A stretch of 64,000 bases of DNA, from the NCBI GenBank assembly GCA_965205505.1, contig CBDBHB010000006.1, positions 96,001 to 160,000 on the forward strand. The letters run 5' to 3'. Position numbers and translations under genes: made by a program. Positions 54,152 to 64,000 of this stretch are shown here, piece after piece. This stretch comes from Acidobacteriota bacterium (GTDB lineage: Bacteria; Acidobacteriota; UBA890; WLXD01). The notes under the pieces are model-generated. The model did not search any database and had not been told where the DNA came from. It saw only the letters and a program-made list of their open reading frames with translations. Within the stretch, counting starts at the first letter, position 1, and the number at the start of each line of letters is the position of its first letter.

Positions 54152-55210
54152 ATGATCACCCAGCCAAGGACCGTTCCACTACGATCCATACCCCGCGTCG
54201 CTCCCAAGCGAGCTCGGATCGGCGACCTACGCCTGACGCAATCGTTCGTCAGCGCGCTGTCGGCTGCCTACACGGGCCTATGGATCTTCGAGCGATCGTT
54301 GTGTCGGCTCGAGCCGGAAGTCGACCGCGCTGACGAGCTCACCCGTGCCGAGCACTCGCTCCACCATATCCAGGCGTGGGAGCGCAGGGCACTGCATGGC
54401 GAGACGCTGTTCGAGCTCTCCGAGAGGCCGCTGCTGAGCGATGATGCGTCGCGCGCCTGGCGGCTCCTGCATGTAGCTGAGGGGCGCATACGTTCCCTCA
54501 TCGGCGAGCTGATTCAATCGAGCGACCTGAAGGTGCTGGTGGATGATCCGTTTGCGCGCAGCGTACGTATTGCCACGCACTGCGAAGAGGCCTACGCGAG
54601 CGAGGCGGGTGTCCTCGGGTGGCTTCGATGGACGGAGGTCCATGCTCCGCGCGAGGCTGGTCGCTGGCGTCATCGCCTACTGACATGCCGCCGGCGGGTC
54701 GAGGAGGCGGATGCGCTGCTGGATCGTATCAGCGATCGGAAGATCGAGCCGGACGATCGCGATCTAGCGCGGCTGCTCGATTCATCGCTGTTGCTGCCTG
54801 CCGATCTTGCCGAGCGCGTGGTCGACATCTGTCACGTATTCAGCCTCTACACGGGTGTGTTCGAGTATGCCGATGTCGGCATTCCTGAAGCACAAAACGC
54901 CATCTGGGAGACTGCCGGGTTCGGCCCGTACGCTGCCGGTCGCTGGTTTGCTGCCGGGCTCAATGCTCGTCACGCAATCGATTGGATGGAGGTTGGCGCC
55001 GACGATCCGCTCGTAGCGGCTGGCTTCATGTGGCGCGGCTTCACACCGCACGAGGCTCGACCCTGGCTGTCGGCATACATCGGCGGCCGCATCGCTGCCT
55101 CCTGGGCGTCCAACGGTTCCGACCCACAGGAGGCGCGCGAGTGGATATCCCTAGGTGTTCGCGACCCCGCCGAGGTGGCACATTTGAACGGCGCAAGCCG
55201 CCCCATGTAG
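54152..55210 (+). CDS. Hypothetical protein with C-terminal Trp-Gly tandem repeats
   Basis: 352-aa ORF with repeated W-x3-G-x3-4-A units (WETAGFGP, WFAAGLNA, WMEVGADD, WISLGVRD). Confidence 0.65.
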   Translation: MITQPRTVPLRSIPRVAPKRARIGDLRLTQSFVSALSAAYTGLWIFERSLCRLEPEVDRADELTRAEHSLHHIQAWERRALHGETLFELSERPLLSDDASRAWRLLHVAEGRIRSLIGELIQSSDLKVLVDDPFARSVRIATHCEEAYASEAGVLGWLRWTEVHAPREAGRWRHRLLTCRRRVEEADALLDRISDRKIEPDDRDLARLLDSSLLLPADLAERVVDICHVFSLYTGVFEYADVGIPEAQNAIWETAGFGPYAAGRWFAAGLNARHAIDWMEVGADDPLVAAGFMWRGFTPHEARPWLSAYIGGRIAASWASNGSDPQEAREWISLGVRDPAEVAHLNGASRPM

Positions 55211-55229
55211 GTCTGCGGTAGGATTCGTC

Positions 55230-55268
55230 AGCGATTCCGTAGCGATCCCGTAGCGATTCCGTAGCGAT
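55230..55268. repeat. 11-bp tandem repeat x3.5 (AGCGATYCCGT)
   Basis: Read directly from the sequence. Confidence 0.85.
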
Positions 55269-55318
55269 CAGCATGCCGGGCCGGCTGCCTGTCTCCCGGC
55301 TGGCAGGGAGGCTTCACC

Positions 55319-55744
55319 ATGGCGGAAAACACTGCGTTCGAGGGCGGCTGCTTCTGCGGCGCAGTTCGCTACCGAGCCCTCCGACCCATCGACGTGGCGA
55401 TCTGTCATTGTCGCGATTGCCAGCGCGTCAGCGGCGCGCCGATGCTCGCCTGGGTCGAGATCGGCAAGGCCGATCTCGAGTGGACCCACGGTACGCCTAG
55501 CTACTATCACCACACCTCGGATTGGCATACACCCATACGGCGCGCCTTCTGCAACCAGTGTGGCACTTCGCTGACCTACGAGCGCGAAGGATCGGCCGAG
55601 CTCGATGTGACCGTGGCGAGCATGGATGCGCCAGAGTCGGTCCGGCCAACTCACCACGTCTACGCCAGCAGCCAGATGCCGTGGTTGCATGTCGACGACG
55701 ACATAACCGGATACGAGCGCCTGCGCACTCATCACGACGACTAG
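55319..55744 (+). CDS. GFA / CENP-V family protein
   Basis: GGCFCGAVRY, CHCRDCQR, FCNQCGT. Confidence 0.92.
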   Translation: MAENTAFEGGCFCGAVRYRALRPIDVAICHCRDCQRVSGAPMLAWVEIGKADLEWTHGTPSYYHHTSDWHTPIRRAFCNQCGTSLTYEREGSAELDVTVASMDAPESVRPTHHVYASSQMPWLHVDDDITGYERLRTHHDD

Positions 55745-55912
55745 TGCTCCTGATCATAAGTACGGCTCCTGCCCTCCGGGTGGCCGCGGGACCGGCCACC
55801 TTGGGCGTCGCGGCGCCTCGACGATACACCCAGCATCGCCCTCGTCGCCGCTCCTACAATTCGCCCCGGTCGCGCGCGCCACAAACGTTACCGTACTTAT
55901 GATCAGGAGCAC
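55744..55912. mobile_element. 169-bp MITE-like element (copy C)
   Basis: Perfect TIRs GTGCTCCTGATCATAAGTACGG, TA on both sides, inserted at the GFA stop. Carries one copy of the shared internal motif. Confidence 0.85.
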
Positions 55913-55935
55913 TAGTTGGTTGTCCGGCGGTCGGC

Positions 55936-56118
55936 TTAGGCTCTGGCGATCCGGGGAGATAGCTCCTGATAGTCTTTGTAGCATTGCTCCTCCGCTTCGA
56001 CGTAGCGGTCCACTGCTCTCCGCAGCATCATTTCGGAGATCTGGAGCTCCGTGATGGTCTTGAGCTTGCGCAGGCGTTCGATCTGCATATTTGTCCGTGT
56101 CACGCGTGTGCGTTCCAT
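55936..56118 (-). CDS. Small ribbon-helix-helix-like protein
   Basis: RTN..QIERLRKL...ISEMMLRRAVDRYV resembles CopG/RHH. Confidence 0.5.
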   Translation of the reverse strand: MERTRVTRTNMQIERLRKLKTITELQISEMMLRRAVDRYVEAEEQCYKDYQELSPRIARA

Positions 56119-56200
56119 GCAGCGATTATCCAGAGAATCGCTGTCCGATCAATAGCAGAAGCTACTTCCATCCCGGTGTTACGGCTGTTACCGTAACGCC

Positions 56201-56554
56201 GTGAAACCGAAACCATCGATATGGCTCTACTCCGGTGACGTATCTAACCGTCACCGCTGGTACCCACACGAAGAACTCTGGACTGTCCTCAACAGCATCC
56301 CGACCAGCGAGAATGATAATTTCGACTGGCACCTGCTCGACCCGGCAGATGCCAGAGAAACGCTCCCCGAATTCCGAGAGCGCCTTCGCTACCTTGGGCA
56401 GTTTGTGAAGATGATTCAGTCCATTGCGGAGGACGGTTCGCCGACGGTCTGCTCCGAGTGTTCGTCACGCTTTTATCCGTCACGTTCAGACGCGAAGTAT
56501 TGCACTGACAAATGCCGGACTCGCGCCTACCGTAGACGGCGTTCTCGGCGGTAG
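56201..56554 (+). CDS. Small protein with C-terminal Cys4 zinc finger (CGNR-like)
   Basis: CSECSSRF...DAKYCTDKCRTRAYRRR. Confidence 0.6.
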   Translation: MKPKPSIWLYSGDVSNRHRWYPHEELWTVLNSIPTSENDNFDWHLLDPADARETLPEFRERLRYLGQFVKMIQSIAEDGSPTVCSECSSRFYPSRSDAKYCTDKCRTRAYRRRRSRR

Positions 56555-56609
56555 CCTGAGACCGTCGAGTAAGTGATGGGATCGCGCGGTTGGACTCGGA
56601 GGAACATTT

Positions 56610-57261
56610 GTGGTTCGCGTGAAGGTCTGCTGCATCTCGTCGGTCGACGAGGCGCGGATGGCTATCCGCGCCGGTGCTTCTGCGATCGGTCTGGTCTCGG
56701 CGATGCCCACCGGTCCGGGCGTGATCGACGAATCCGAGGTCACGGCCATCGCCGCGACGGTTCCGCCGGCACTGGGCTCGTTCTTGCTCACGGTCGCTGC
56801 AATCGGCGGAGGCGATCATCACGCAGCAGCGGCGCTGTCGCACAAACACCGTGCAGATCGTCGATCGGCTGCTGCATGGGACCTACGCCGAGCTGCGCGC
56901 CGGGATGCCCGGGGTCGCGGTTGTTCAGGTGATCCATGTGAAAGGCACGGAATCGATCGGCGAAGCCGACGAGGTCGCCCCGCACGTGGACGCCGTGCTG
57001 CTGGATTCTGGTAACCCGACGCTTGCCGCCAAGGAGCTGGGCGGCACAGGCCGGGTACACGATTGGCGGATAAGTCGCCAGATTCGGGAGCGTCTCGACG
57101 TGCCGGTGTTTCTAGCTGGCGGTCTGCGGGCCGACAACGTGGCCGCGGCGATCGAGGCGGTGCGCCCCTACGGGATCGACGTATGTAGCGGAGTGCGGTC
57201 GAACGACCGGCTCGACGCCGCCAAGCTCCGAGAGTTTGTGAGTGCCGCCTACGCCGCTTGA
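56610..57261 (+). pseudogene. trpF: Phosphoribosylanthranilate isomerase with a single-base frameshift
   Basis: RVKVCCI in one frame; LLDSG..GGTGRVHDW, LAGGL, DVCSGV in another. Deleting one G at 56792-93 joins them. Confidence 0.85.
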
Positions 57262-57271
57262 CCCGTAGGGC

Positions 57272-57814
57272 TCAATCGCCGCGACGTCGCGTCGACGGCG
57301 CTAGCTTGGCCCGCAATGCCGGGTTGAAGCGAGCGTGCAGCACCACGTCGAAGCCCTTCCACTGCAGATGGCGCTCGTAGGTCATACTGAGCTTGCGCAT
57401 GACGTTTATCGAGGCGCCGTTCTCGGGGACGGCGAAGGCGACTACCCGTTCCAGGCCGATCTGCTGAAAGCCGTGGCACATCGCGCAAGTGGCGGCCTCA
57501 GTCGCCAGTCCCTGTCCCCAGTAGGGCTCGTCGAGCAGCCAACCGATCTCGACCTCCCCGGAGTCGCCGAGGGGCTGTAGACCGACGTAACCGGCGACTT
57601 CGGTCTCGTCGAGTGGCTGGAGTGCCCAGAGACAGTAACCGAGCGCGCGCACGTGTCGCTGCTGTCGTGTGATGAACTCCAGCACCCGGGCATCGGTCCA
57701 GAATCGTCCGCCGCCAACGTGGCGCATCACGCTGCGTTTTTTGGTGATGGCGCGGAGTCGAGCGGCATCGGTGCCATACCAGGGGCGTAGGTGGACGCGT
57801 TCGGTGGTCAGCAT
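57272..57814 (-). CDS. GNAT N-acetyltransferase (RimJ/RimL family)
   Basis: LTTERVHLRP, EIGW..YWGQGLATEAA, NGASINVMRKL. Confidence 0.9.
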   Translation of the reverse strand: MLTTERVHLRPWYGTDAARLRAITKKRSVMRHVGGGRFWTDARVLEFITRQQRHVRALGYCLWALQPLDETEVAGYVGLQPLGDSGEVEIGWLLDEPYWGQGLATEAATCAMCHGFQQIGLERVVAFAVPENGASINVMRKLSMTYERHLQWKGFDVVLHARFNPALRAKLAPSTRRRGD

Positions 57815-57923
57815 GGGGTCCTCCACGAGGCCGGTGCTGCGGACATGCCGGTAGCGTATCCTTGCCGCGGCAGTAGCACGCTCCCCCGCTTATGGCGGAT
57901 CCCGTAGCCGCCAGGAGGCGACG

Positions 57924-58904
57924 ATGGACCGACCGCGGATGGATCGCCCGCGCCAGGCAAGGGGGACCCCGTTCACACGCCAGGCCGGCCGCCTACTAAA
58001 GGCCGGCCTGCTGATCACCGCCGTGGTGTTGGCGGTCGGCTCGCTGCCGGTGATTCTGCTCTGGTTCTGGGTCGACGACCTGGAGCAACCTGCTGCTTCG
58101 GTAGCCTACGTCGACGAGGAATTGACAATCCTTAGCGGCGGCGTGGAGCTCGCAGCTCGATTGCGCCTCCCGGCATTCGGCGGACCCCATCCGGCGCTCG
58201 TCGTTGCGCATGGGTCGGGGCGCGTCACACGTGATCGCTATGCCGAGCTCTCGGAGAACCTGGCGATCAACGGCTATGCCTTGCTGACCTACGACAAGCG
58301 CGGGGCGGGCGAATCCGGTGGAACGTACACCGGCGTTGGCCCCGCCAACAGCGAGCAAGCGCTCGGACAGCTTGCCGATGACATCATTTCCGGCGTCGAG
58401 CTGCTCAAGCAGCGCTCCGACATCCGCGCCGATCGGATCGGCGTTTACGGCGTCAGCCAGGGCGGCTGGATCGCGCCGCTCGCGGCGGCTAGATCGTCCG
58501 ACGTGTCGTTCATGGTGATCGTCTCCGGTCCTGCGGTGTCGGTGGGCGAGGAGATCTACTACAGCGAGCTCACCGGCGAGCGCGAAGGCGTCGGTGCCGC
58601 TAGCTCAGACGATGAGTTATCCGAGCAGCTCGCCGCCTACGACGGCCCACGTGGCTTCGATCCGGTGACCTCGCTCGAGGCCATCGATATCCCCGCCCTG
58701 TGGGTGCTGGGGGATGCGGACCGCAGCATTCCGATTCCCGAGACCGTCGCGATTCTCGAAAGGCTGGCAGCGGCAGGGAAGCCATATTCGCTCCAGGTGC
58801 TCGCCGGCGTCGGCCACGGCATGCGCGATGTGCGCAACGGCGAGCACGCTCCGGTCTTCGCCCACGTCTTCCCGTGGCTGGTGGCGAACGCCGGCACCAA
58901 TTGA
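57924..58904 (+). CDS. Membrane-anchored alpha/beta hydrolase
   Basis: HGSG, YDKRGAGES, GVSQGG, GH. Confidence 0.88.
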   Translation: MDRPRMDRPRQARGTPFTRQAGRLLKAGLLITAVVLAVGSLPVILLWFWVDDLEQPAASVAYVDEELTILSGGVELAARLRLPAFGGPHPALVVAHGSGRVTRDRYAELSENLAINGYALLTYDKRGAGESGGTYTGVGPANSEQALGQLADDIISGVELLKQRSDIRADRIGVYGVSQGGWIAPLAAARSSDVSFMVIVSGPAVSVGEEIYYSELTGEREGVGAASSDDELSEQLAAYDGPRGFDPVTSLEAIDIPALWVLGDADRSIPIPETVAILERLAAAGKPYSLQVLAGVGHGMRDVRNGEHAPVFAHVFPWLVANAGTN

Positions 58905-59087
58905 GCCCGTCGGCGCTGCGTGCGGCTGCCGGGCGCTGCTCTGACCGCGCCGTTCGGGCGCGATCCCGGGCCGCCCGCTGGCGCGCGTGTCCATCCAGCC
59001 GGATTTGCGCTCCGCCCGCCGCACGATAGGGGATACTGGAGACAAGGCGTTGTTGGCATCTACCCAGTCCCGATGACGGAGTCCTTC

Positions 59088-60695
59088 ATGTCCACTACGC
59101 GCCCGCGCATCCCCAAGCTCATGTGGGCCCTTTGGATTCTCGCCCTCGTCGCCATCCTGGTGGTTCTCTATGTCATGGATATGGGCGATCGGGGCATCGC
59201 GAACGGCACCGCGTTCGGGCTGTTGTTTCTGGTCACGCCGATCACGCTGATCTGGTTCGTCTTCTTCTCGGCGTGGCCGCGGAAGGTTCGCTTCGGGTCG
59301 CTTGCCGCCTTGGTGGTGCTTTGGCTGGGCTTCTCCTGGCTGTTCGAGTTCCAGGGTTTTCGTAGCGAGGTCGTGCCGATCTTCACCTCGCGGTTCGCGC
59401 CGCGAGCCGACCACGCCCCCGAGCTCGTAGCGCGAGGAACCGTTGCGATCGACCTGGTCAGCACCACGCCTTTCGACTTCCCTGGTTTTCTCGGCGCCAA
59501 CCGCGACCTGCGAGTCGACAATGTCGTGCTGGCCACCGACTGGGAGGCACGGCCGCCAGAACCACTGTGGCAGCAGCAGATCGGCGCTGGCTGGGGTGGC
59601 TTCGCGGTCGTGAACGGCTTCGCTGCCACGCTCGAGGAGCGCGACGCCCGCGAGCTCGTCACGATGTACGACGTGCGCACCGGCGCGCTGCTCTGGGAGC
59701 ATCACATTGGCGGAGAGTATGACCATATGCTCGGTGGTCGTGGCCCCCGCAGCACCCCTACGATCGATACCGGGAACGTCTACGCGCTCGGCGTATCAGG
59801 CAACCTGGTCGCACTGGACGGTGGCACGGGCGATCTGCTTTGGGAGCACGATCTGCTAGCCGAGTACGGCGTTTCCGCTCAGGAAGAGCTGCAGGCGCAC
59901 CAGTACGGTCGCGCCAACTCGCCGCTGATCGTTCGTGACATGCTGATCATCGGCGTTGGTGGATCCCGAGCCCGTCGCGTATCCGTGGCCGCCTACGACA
60001 AGCACACAGGCGAGGTGCGCTGGGAGGCGGGAGAGCACCAGGTCGCCATGGCGTCGCCGCGCCTGGCGCAGCTCGGAGGGCGCGAGCAGGTTCTGATGGT
60101 CAACCAGAACGCCGTCAGCGGCCACGATCCCGATACCGGGACCGTGTTGTGGGAATTCGACTGGCCGGGCATTACGCCTGCCGACTCCAACGTGTCGCAG
60201 GCTGTGCCGGTGGGGTCAAACCGCGTTTTCGTCTCCAAGGGCTACGGCGGCGGCGCGGCACTCTACGAGCTCGCCGCCCAGCCCGACGGTACGTTCAGCG
60301 TCCGTCAGCTCTGGCACCAGCCCCGCGTGCTGCGCACCAAAATCACCAACGTCGCCATGCGCGACGGCTACGCTTATGGCCTGTCCGAGGGGATCCTCGA
60401 ATGCGTCGAGGTGGCCAGCGGGGAGCGCGCCTGGAAGGCAGGCCGCTACCACCACGGCCAGATCTTGATGGTGGGCGAGGTGCTGCTGGTGCTCACCGAG
60501 GACGGCGAGCTGGTGATGGTCGAAGTCTCCCCCGAGAACAGCAACAACGTTCTCGGGCGCTTCCAGGCGATCAACGGCCACACCTGGAACAACATCGCCC
60601 TGTACGGCGACATCGTGCTGGTGCGCAACGGCCAGGAGGCGGCGGCCTATCGGCTGCCTCTGGTCGGCGGGCTGGATCTGATCGCCGACTCGTGA
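59088..60695 (+). CDS. PQQ-binding-like beta-propeller membrane protein
   Basis: Three N-terminal TMs, GPRSTPTI, repeated TG.LLW motifs. Start may be 59073. Confidence 0.85.
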   Translation: MSTTRPRIPKLMWALWILALVAILVVLYVMDMGDRGIANGTAFGLLFLVTPITLIWFVFFSAWPRKVRFGSLAALVVLWLGFSWLFEFQGFRSEVVPIFTSRFAPRADHAPELVARGTVAIDLVSTTPFDFPGFLGANRDLRVDNVVLATDWEARPPEPLWQQQIGAGWGGFAVVNGFAATLEERDARELVTMYDVRTGALLWEHHIGGEYDHMLGGRGPRSTPTIDTGNVYALGVSGNLVALDGGTGDLLWEHDLLAEYGVSAQEELQAHQYGRANSPLIVRDMLIIGVGGSRARRVSVAAYDKHTGEVRWEAGEHQVAMASPRLAQLGGREQVLMVNQNAVSGHDPDTGTVLWEFDWPGITPADSNVSQAVPVGSNRVFVSKGYGGGAALYELAAQPDGTFSVRQLWHQPRVLRTKITNVAMRDGYAYGLSEGILECVEVASGERAWKAGRYHHGQILMVGEVLLVLTEDGELVMVEVSPENSNNVLGRFQAINGHTWNNIALYGDIVLVRNGQEAAAYRLPLVGGLDLIADS

Positions 60696-60810
60696 TGAGC
60701 GCAGCCGCGAATCGAGGGCGCCAGTCGGGTGAGCTACCGCGATACCTCGACGCCCCGCGGCGGTGAGCGCTGCAGTCTCGATGCACGGACCCTGGAGCGG
60801 TCGGCCGGCT

Positions 60811-62997
60811 TCATTGCTCGGCTTCATCAGACGAGGATCGGACGCTGAGCGCCTCTGTCAACTCGTCGACCCGCCGCGACAGCTCGCCGATGGTGTCGGT
60901 GTACACGGTTTCCCAGAAGGCCAGCTGGTCGGGGTTGTCGGTCTCGATCTCGTAACGCAGACCCGGGAGCATCCACGACGCGTAGCCGCTGAAGGGGTCT
61001 GGCGAAGCGTAGAGCGACCGATACCACGGGCGCTCCTGGAGTCCTTCCTCGTGCAGCAGAGTCCGCTCGAGCGACAGCAGGAGGCGGTTGATGGCGCGAA
61101 GCTCAGCGTCAGGGAAGCGCAGCTGAACGACCGCCTTGTCGCGTGCAATGACGTAGCGGCTCGACGCCTCAGCCAGTCGCCGTGTCGCCGCCGACAGGTC
61201 GTCGAATCGCAGCTCGATGTGGTGCTCGACGGCGAGCTCGCGCAGGGTATCCGCGTGCGTTTCGAGGTCTGTGGCATAGCGCTCGACGTCGTAGGGGAGC
61301 ACATCGGCGTTGGCCAGTCGCAGTGCCAGCACGCCGTCGAGCCGCGCCAGCGTCGGGCCGTAGATGAACTCGTTGTCGCCGAAGCGTTCGTACCAAGCGA
61401 AGTTGTCGTAGTTGGAGTGGTATACGCCACCGCTGCCGCCGAACCCCAGGGAGCCCGACGGCACCCCGGCATGGGCATAGAAGCCGACGTGATCGGAGCC
61501 GCCGCCGAGGTTGCCTATGGGCGGTACGTCCTGTTCCGAGGCGCGAAGCCACTCGCCATAAACCGTCGTGCTGGTCTTCGGGTAGTCGACTGCCTTGGTG
61601 GCCTCGATGATCAATCCTTTGAGCGAAGGCGACGCCGACGAGCCGAACCGGGGTCCAGACACGGCCGAGTCGGCGTTGATATAGGCGATTGCCCTGGCGT
61701 CGAGCTCGTCGCGGAACTGCTCGACCCATTCAGAAGATCCGATGATGCCGTACTCCTCCGCGTCCCAGTGGGCGATCAAGATCGAACGGCGCGGCTGACA
61801 GCCGTTCGCAGCCAGCTCGCCGAGCGCCTCGGCCATGGTCAGCAGCATTGCCGTGCCACCGTTGGGATCGACCGCGCCGAACGCCCACGGGTCGTAGTGC
61901 GATCCGAAGATGACCCACTCGTCGGGCAGCTCTGCGCCGCGAACCGTTCCAACAACGTTCACCGCGCGGGTCAGCGCCTTCGGCTGGTTCACCCGCACAC
62001 GGACCGTCAAATCATTGCCGCCGGTGAGGCGATACGGCACGTCCAAGCCGCCGTGCCACTCCTCCGGAGCTACCTCTCCGGTCATCCGTTCGAGGATCTG
62101 CAATGCCGCACCGTAGCCGAGGGGTAGCACCGGGATCGTGTGGAGGGCCACCTCGGACGGATCGAGTCGGTTGACCTCGATGCCGGAGTCGATCGGGTAG
62201 GCGGGCTCGAACGGTGTTAACGGGTCGCCTTCGTAGCCGAGTGTCAGCACTGAGCCGCGCTGGATCGTGCCGGCGCTCATGTTCGGTCCCTGCGGGTACT
62301 CGTCGATCCCGATCACCTCGCCAGGATCGTTGAACATGATCACGCCGGCGGCGCCGTGCTCCTGTGCGAACTTCACCTTGTAGCCGCGGTAGTTACCGCC
62401 GTATCGCGCGATCACTACCTTGCCGGTGATCGATATGCTCATTTCGCCGAGGTGGTCGAAGTCCTCCTTGCGGCCGAAGTTGGCGTATACGACCTGCGCG
62501 GTGACGTCGCCCGAGCCCGAATAGGCGTTCCAGCCATTTAGCAGATCCGGATGGCCCGAGAAGCGATCCTCGGGCAGCGCGGGCTCCTGATTCGACAACG
62601 GCACGGGCTCGGGAGTGACGATCTCGGCGTTCACGTCGTCGGTGAGTTGTGGCAGGTAGACGTCGTAGGGGTAGCGCTCGACCTCGAGCCCGGCGTCTTC
62701 CATCACCTGCGCCAGGTAATCCTCGACGTCGCGTTGGGCTGCGGACCCCGCCGGATGTGGTACCCGGGTAATAGTCTCCAGGTGCCGGCGGAACTGCGCC
62801 GGGCGTGGAAGCGCCATCAGCCGAGCCTCGCAGGCCAGCTGTGCCTCGACGTGCTGCGGCGCGAAGCCCGTCGGCGGGTCCATCAAGGCCGCTTGACCGG
62901 AGGTAGTTCCGGAAACGACTGCAGCGGTCCAGCAAGCGATTGCGGCGACAGCGCCGGCGGAGGCGTGGAGAGTTCCCCTGTGGGGCATTATCGGCAT
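60811..62997 (-). CDS. M28 peptidase (glutamate carboxypeptidase II/TfR-like)
   Basis: PA domain, GSHYDPW..GAVDP, WDAEEYG, GSDH, YHSNYD. Confidence 0.92.
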   Translation of the reverse strand: MPIMPHRGTLHASAGAVAAIACWTAAVVSGTTSGQAALMDPPTGFAPQHVEAQLACEARLMALPRPAQFRRHLETITRVPHPAGSAAQRDVEDYLAQVMEDAGLEVERYPYDVYLPQLTDDVNAEIVTPEPVPLSNQEPALPEDRFSGHPDLLNGWNAYSGSGDVTAQVVYANFGRKEDFDHLGEMSISITGKVVIARYGGNYRGYKVKFAQEHGAAGVIMFNDPGEVIGIDEYPQGPNMSAGTIQRGSVLTLGYEGDPLTPFEPAYPIDSGIEVNRLDPSEVALHTIPVLPLGYGAALQILERMTGEVAPEEWHGGLDVPYRLTGGNDLTVRVRVNQPKALTRAVNVVGTVRGAELPDEWVIFGSHYDPWAFGAVDPNGGTAMLLTMAEALGELAANGCQPRRSILIAHWDAEEYGIIGSSEWVEQFRDELDARAIAYINADSAVSGPRFGSSASPSLKGLIIEATKAVDYPKTSTTVYGEWLRASEQDVPPIGNLGGGSDHVGFYAHAGVPSGSLGFGGSGGVYHSNYDNFAWYERFGDNEFIYGPTLARLDGVLALRLANADVLPYDVERYATDLETHADTLRELAVEHHIELRFDDLSAATRRLAEASSRYVIARDKAVVQLRFPDAELRAINRLLLSLERTLLHEEGLQERPWYRSLYASPDPFSGYASWMLPGLRYEIETDNPDQLAFWETVYTDTIGELSRRVDELTEALSVRSSSDEAEQ

Positions 62998-63043
62998 TGG
63001 ATCGACTCGGTGCTACAGAATTCGGGCGGTTACGTTCCGGCGG

Positions 63044-63355
63044 TCATCCCGATGGGTAACTGTACCGGATCAGCACGATCACCCAAGCTACCGCGGCGCT
63101 GGTCACAATGGACCCCGCCAGTAGCTTCCCGACACGGCTCAGACGCCATCCGTCGAACAGCACTCGCGGAAAGTTGAGGCCGACAACCTCGACCAGCGCC
63201 GCGAGCGCGTAGACGCCGATCGGAACACGGTTGTCGCCGTGCTCGAGATCGTGGCGAAGGCGTTCGTAGCACGCCGGCTCGAACACCCGTTCGCGGATGT
63301 CTTTCGGTAGCAATGTACCGATGCGTTGCCAGAGCGGCGCCGCTGGCTCAGGCAC
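63044..63355 (-). CDS. Hypothetical membrane protein coupled to the PadR-like gene
   Basis: LLPKDIRERVFEPA, C-terminal TM; overlaps the upstream stop. Confidence 0.6.
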   Translation of the reverse strand: MPEPAAPLWQRIGTLLPKDIRERVFEPACYERLRHDLEHGDNRVPIGVYALAALVEVVGLNFPRVLFDGWRLSRVGKLLAGSIVTSAAVAWVIVLIRYSYPSG

Positions 63356-63641
63356 GAGCAGCCTCGCCGGAGTCGCCGAAGCGATCGATGACCTTCAGAT
63401 GGAACTCGCGGTTTCGGTTCCAAGTCGACACACCGCTGGCCAGCAGCTCGTAGTTACGCTCGCGGATGATCTGGCCGCTGACGATCTCCTGCGAGTACCA
63501 GCCTCTTACGTGGCCGGCCTCCTCGAGCCGAGACATCAGCTGGTAGAAACCCGGGCCGGTTTTCTTGGCGCCGAACTCAGCCAGGCGCGCGCGGATGACT
63601 TGCCCGCTCAGCGGTCCGGCACGAAGCGCTCCGAGGACCAC
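63348..63641 (-). pseudogene. PadR-like wHTH regulator, probably 5'-truncated
   Basis: VVLGALRAGPLSG, FYQLMSRLEEAGHVRG, RERNYEL. No promoter or RBS space upstream. Confidence 0.55.
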
Positions 63642-63944
63642 GTGCTTGCTGGCAGCGGCAAGTTCTTCGATTTCGGGAGAAACGCCCGAGCCTTCGCGAA
63701 CTGGGGGTATGCCAGTTGGTTCGTGATCGTCATCGGCGGCCTCGAGACACTCGGCGGCGTACTCGTCTTCGTGCCGCGGTTGGCGTCGTATGGCGCCATG
63801 GTTATCGCGGTGGTGATGATGGGGGCCGCCTACACACACGCGAGCACGGGCATCGGCTCGCCGGTCGGCGCGTTGATCATCATTGGCTTGGCGGCGATTC
63901 TGGCGCGGCTCCGCTGGGCGGATCGGCGGTTGTTCAACGCCTGA
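63642..63944 (+). pseudogene. DoxX-family membrane protein, probably 5'-truncated
   Basis: AGSGKF, FANWGY..WF..VIGGLETLGG, MMGAAYTH. The usual first TM helix is missing. Confidence 0.6.
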
Positions 63945-64000
63945 CCCAGGGTATGCAGCGAGGTTTCTGCCCTTGTGCCGGCCCCGGCAGTACCCTGTTC

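Noticed and set aside
55230-55268. Possible CRISPR array
   Set aside because: Units are 11 bp with no spacers, and no cas genes lie in the window.

Overview
GC-rich bacterial chromosomal segment, probably Acidobacteriota-like (inferred from the VWA, PadR and WFEEL-tailed kinase gene types). Core genes include mscS, alkA, a family-5 UDG, lepA, rsgA, icmF, scpA-meaB, typA, msrP, tag, a MacAB-like ABC exporter, leuACDB, a fused chorismate mutase-prephenate dehydratase-DAHP synthase, a frameshifted trpF and several peptidases/hydrolases. The main finding is an IS1111-type (IS110 family) element at 7354-8759. Its 3' non-coding region folds into a bridge/seek-RNA-like loop whose two guide segments match the terminus of a MITE family (gcTAG|TGGCCT), and the IS sits exactly in such a terminus. 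The MITE family has two 272-bp copies, one 169-bp copy and several collapsed remnants. It shows TA duplication, covarying internal hairpins and a bias for stop codons, and one copy splits a gene. Also present are Leu- and Phe-sensing leader-peptide attenuators missed by the ORF track, a tandem 'two-allele' mosaic downstream of icmF, several gene-fragment junctions and an AT-rich island with a DnaA box. All calls were made by eye; no database searches or folding software were run.
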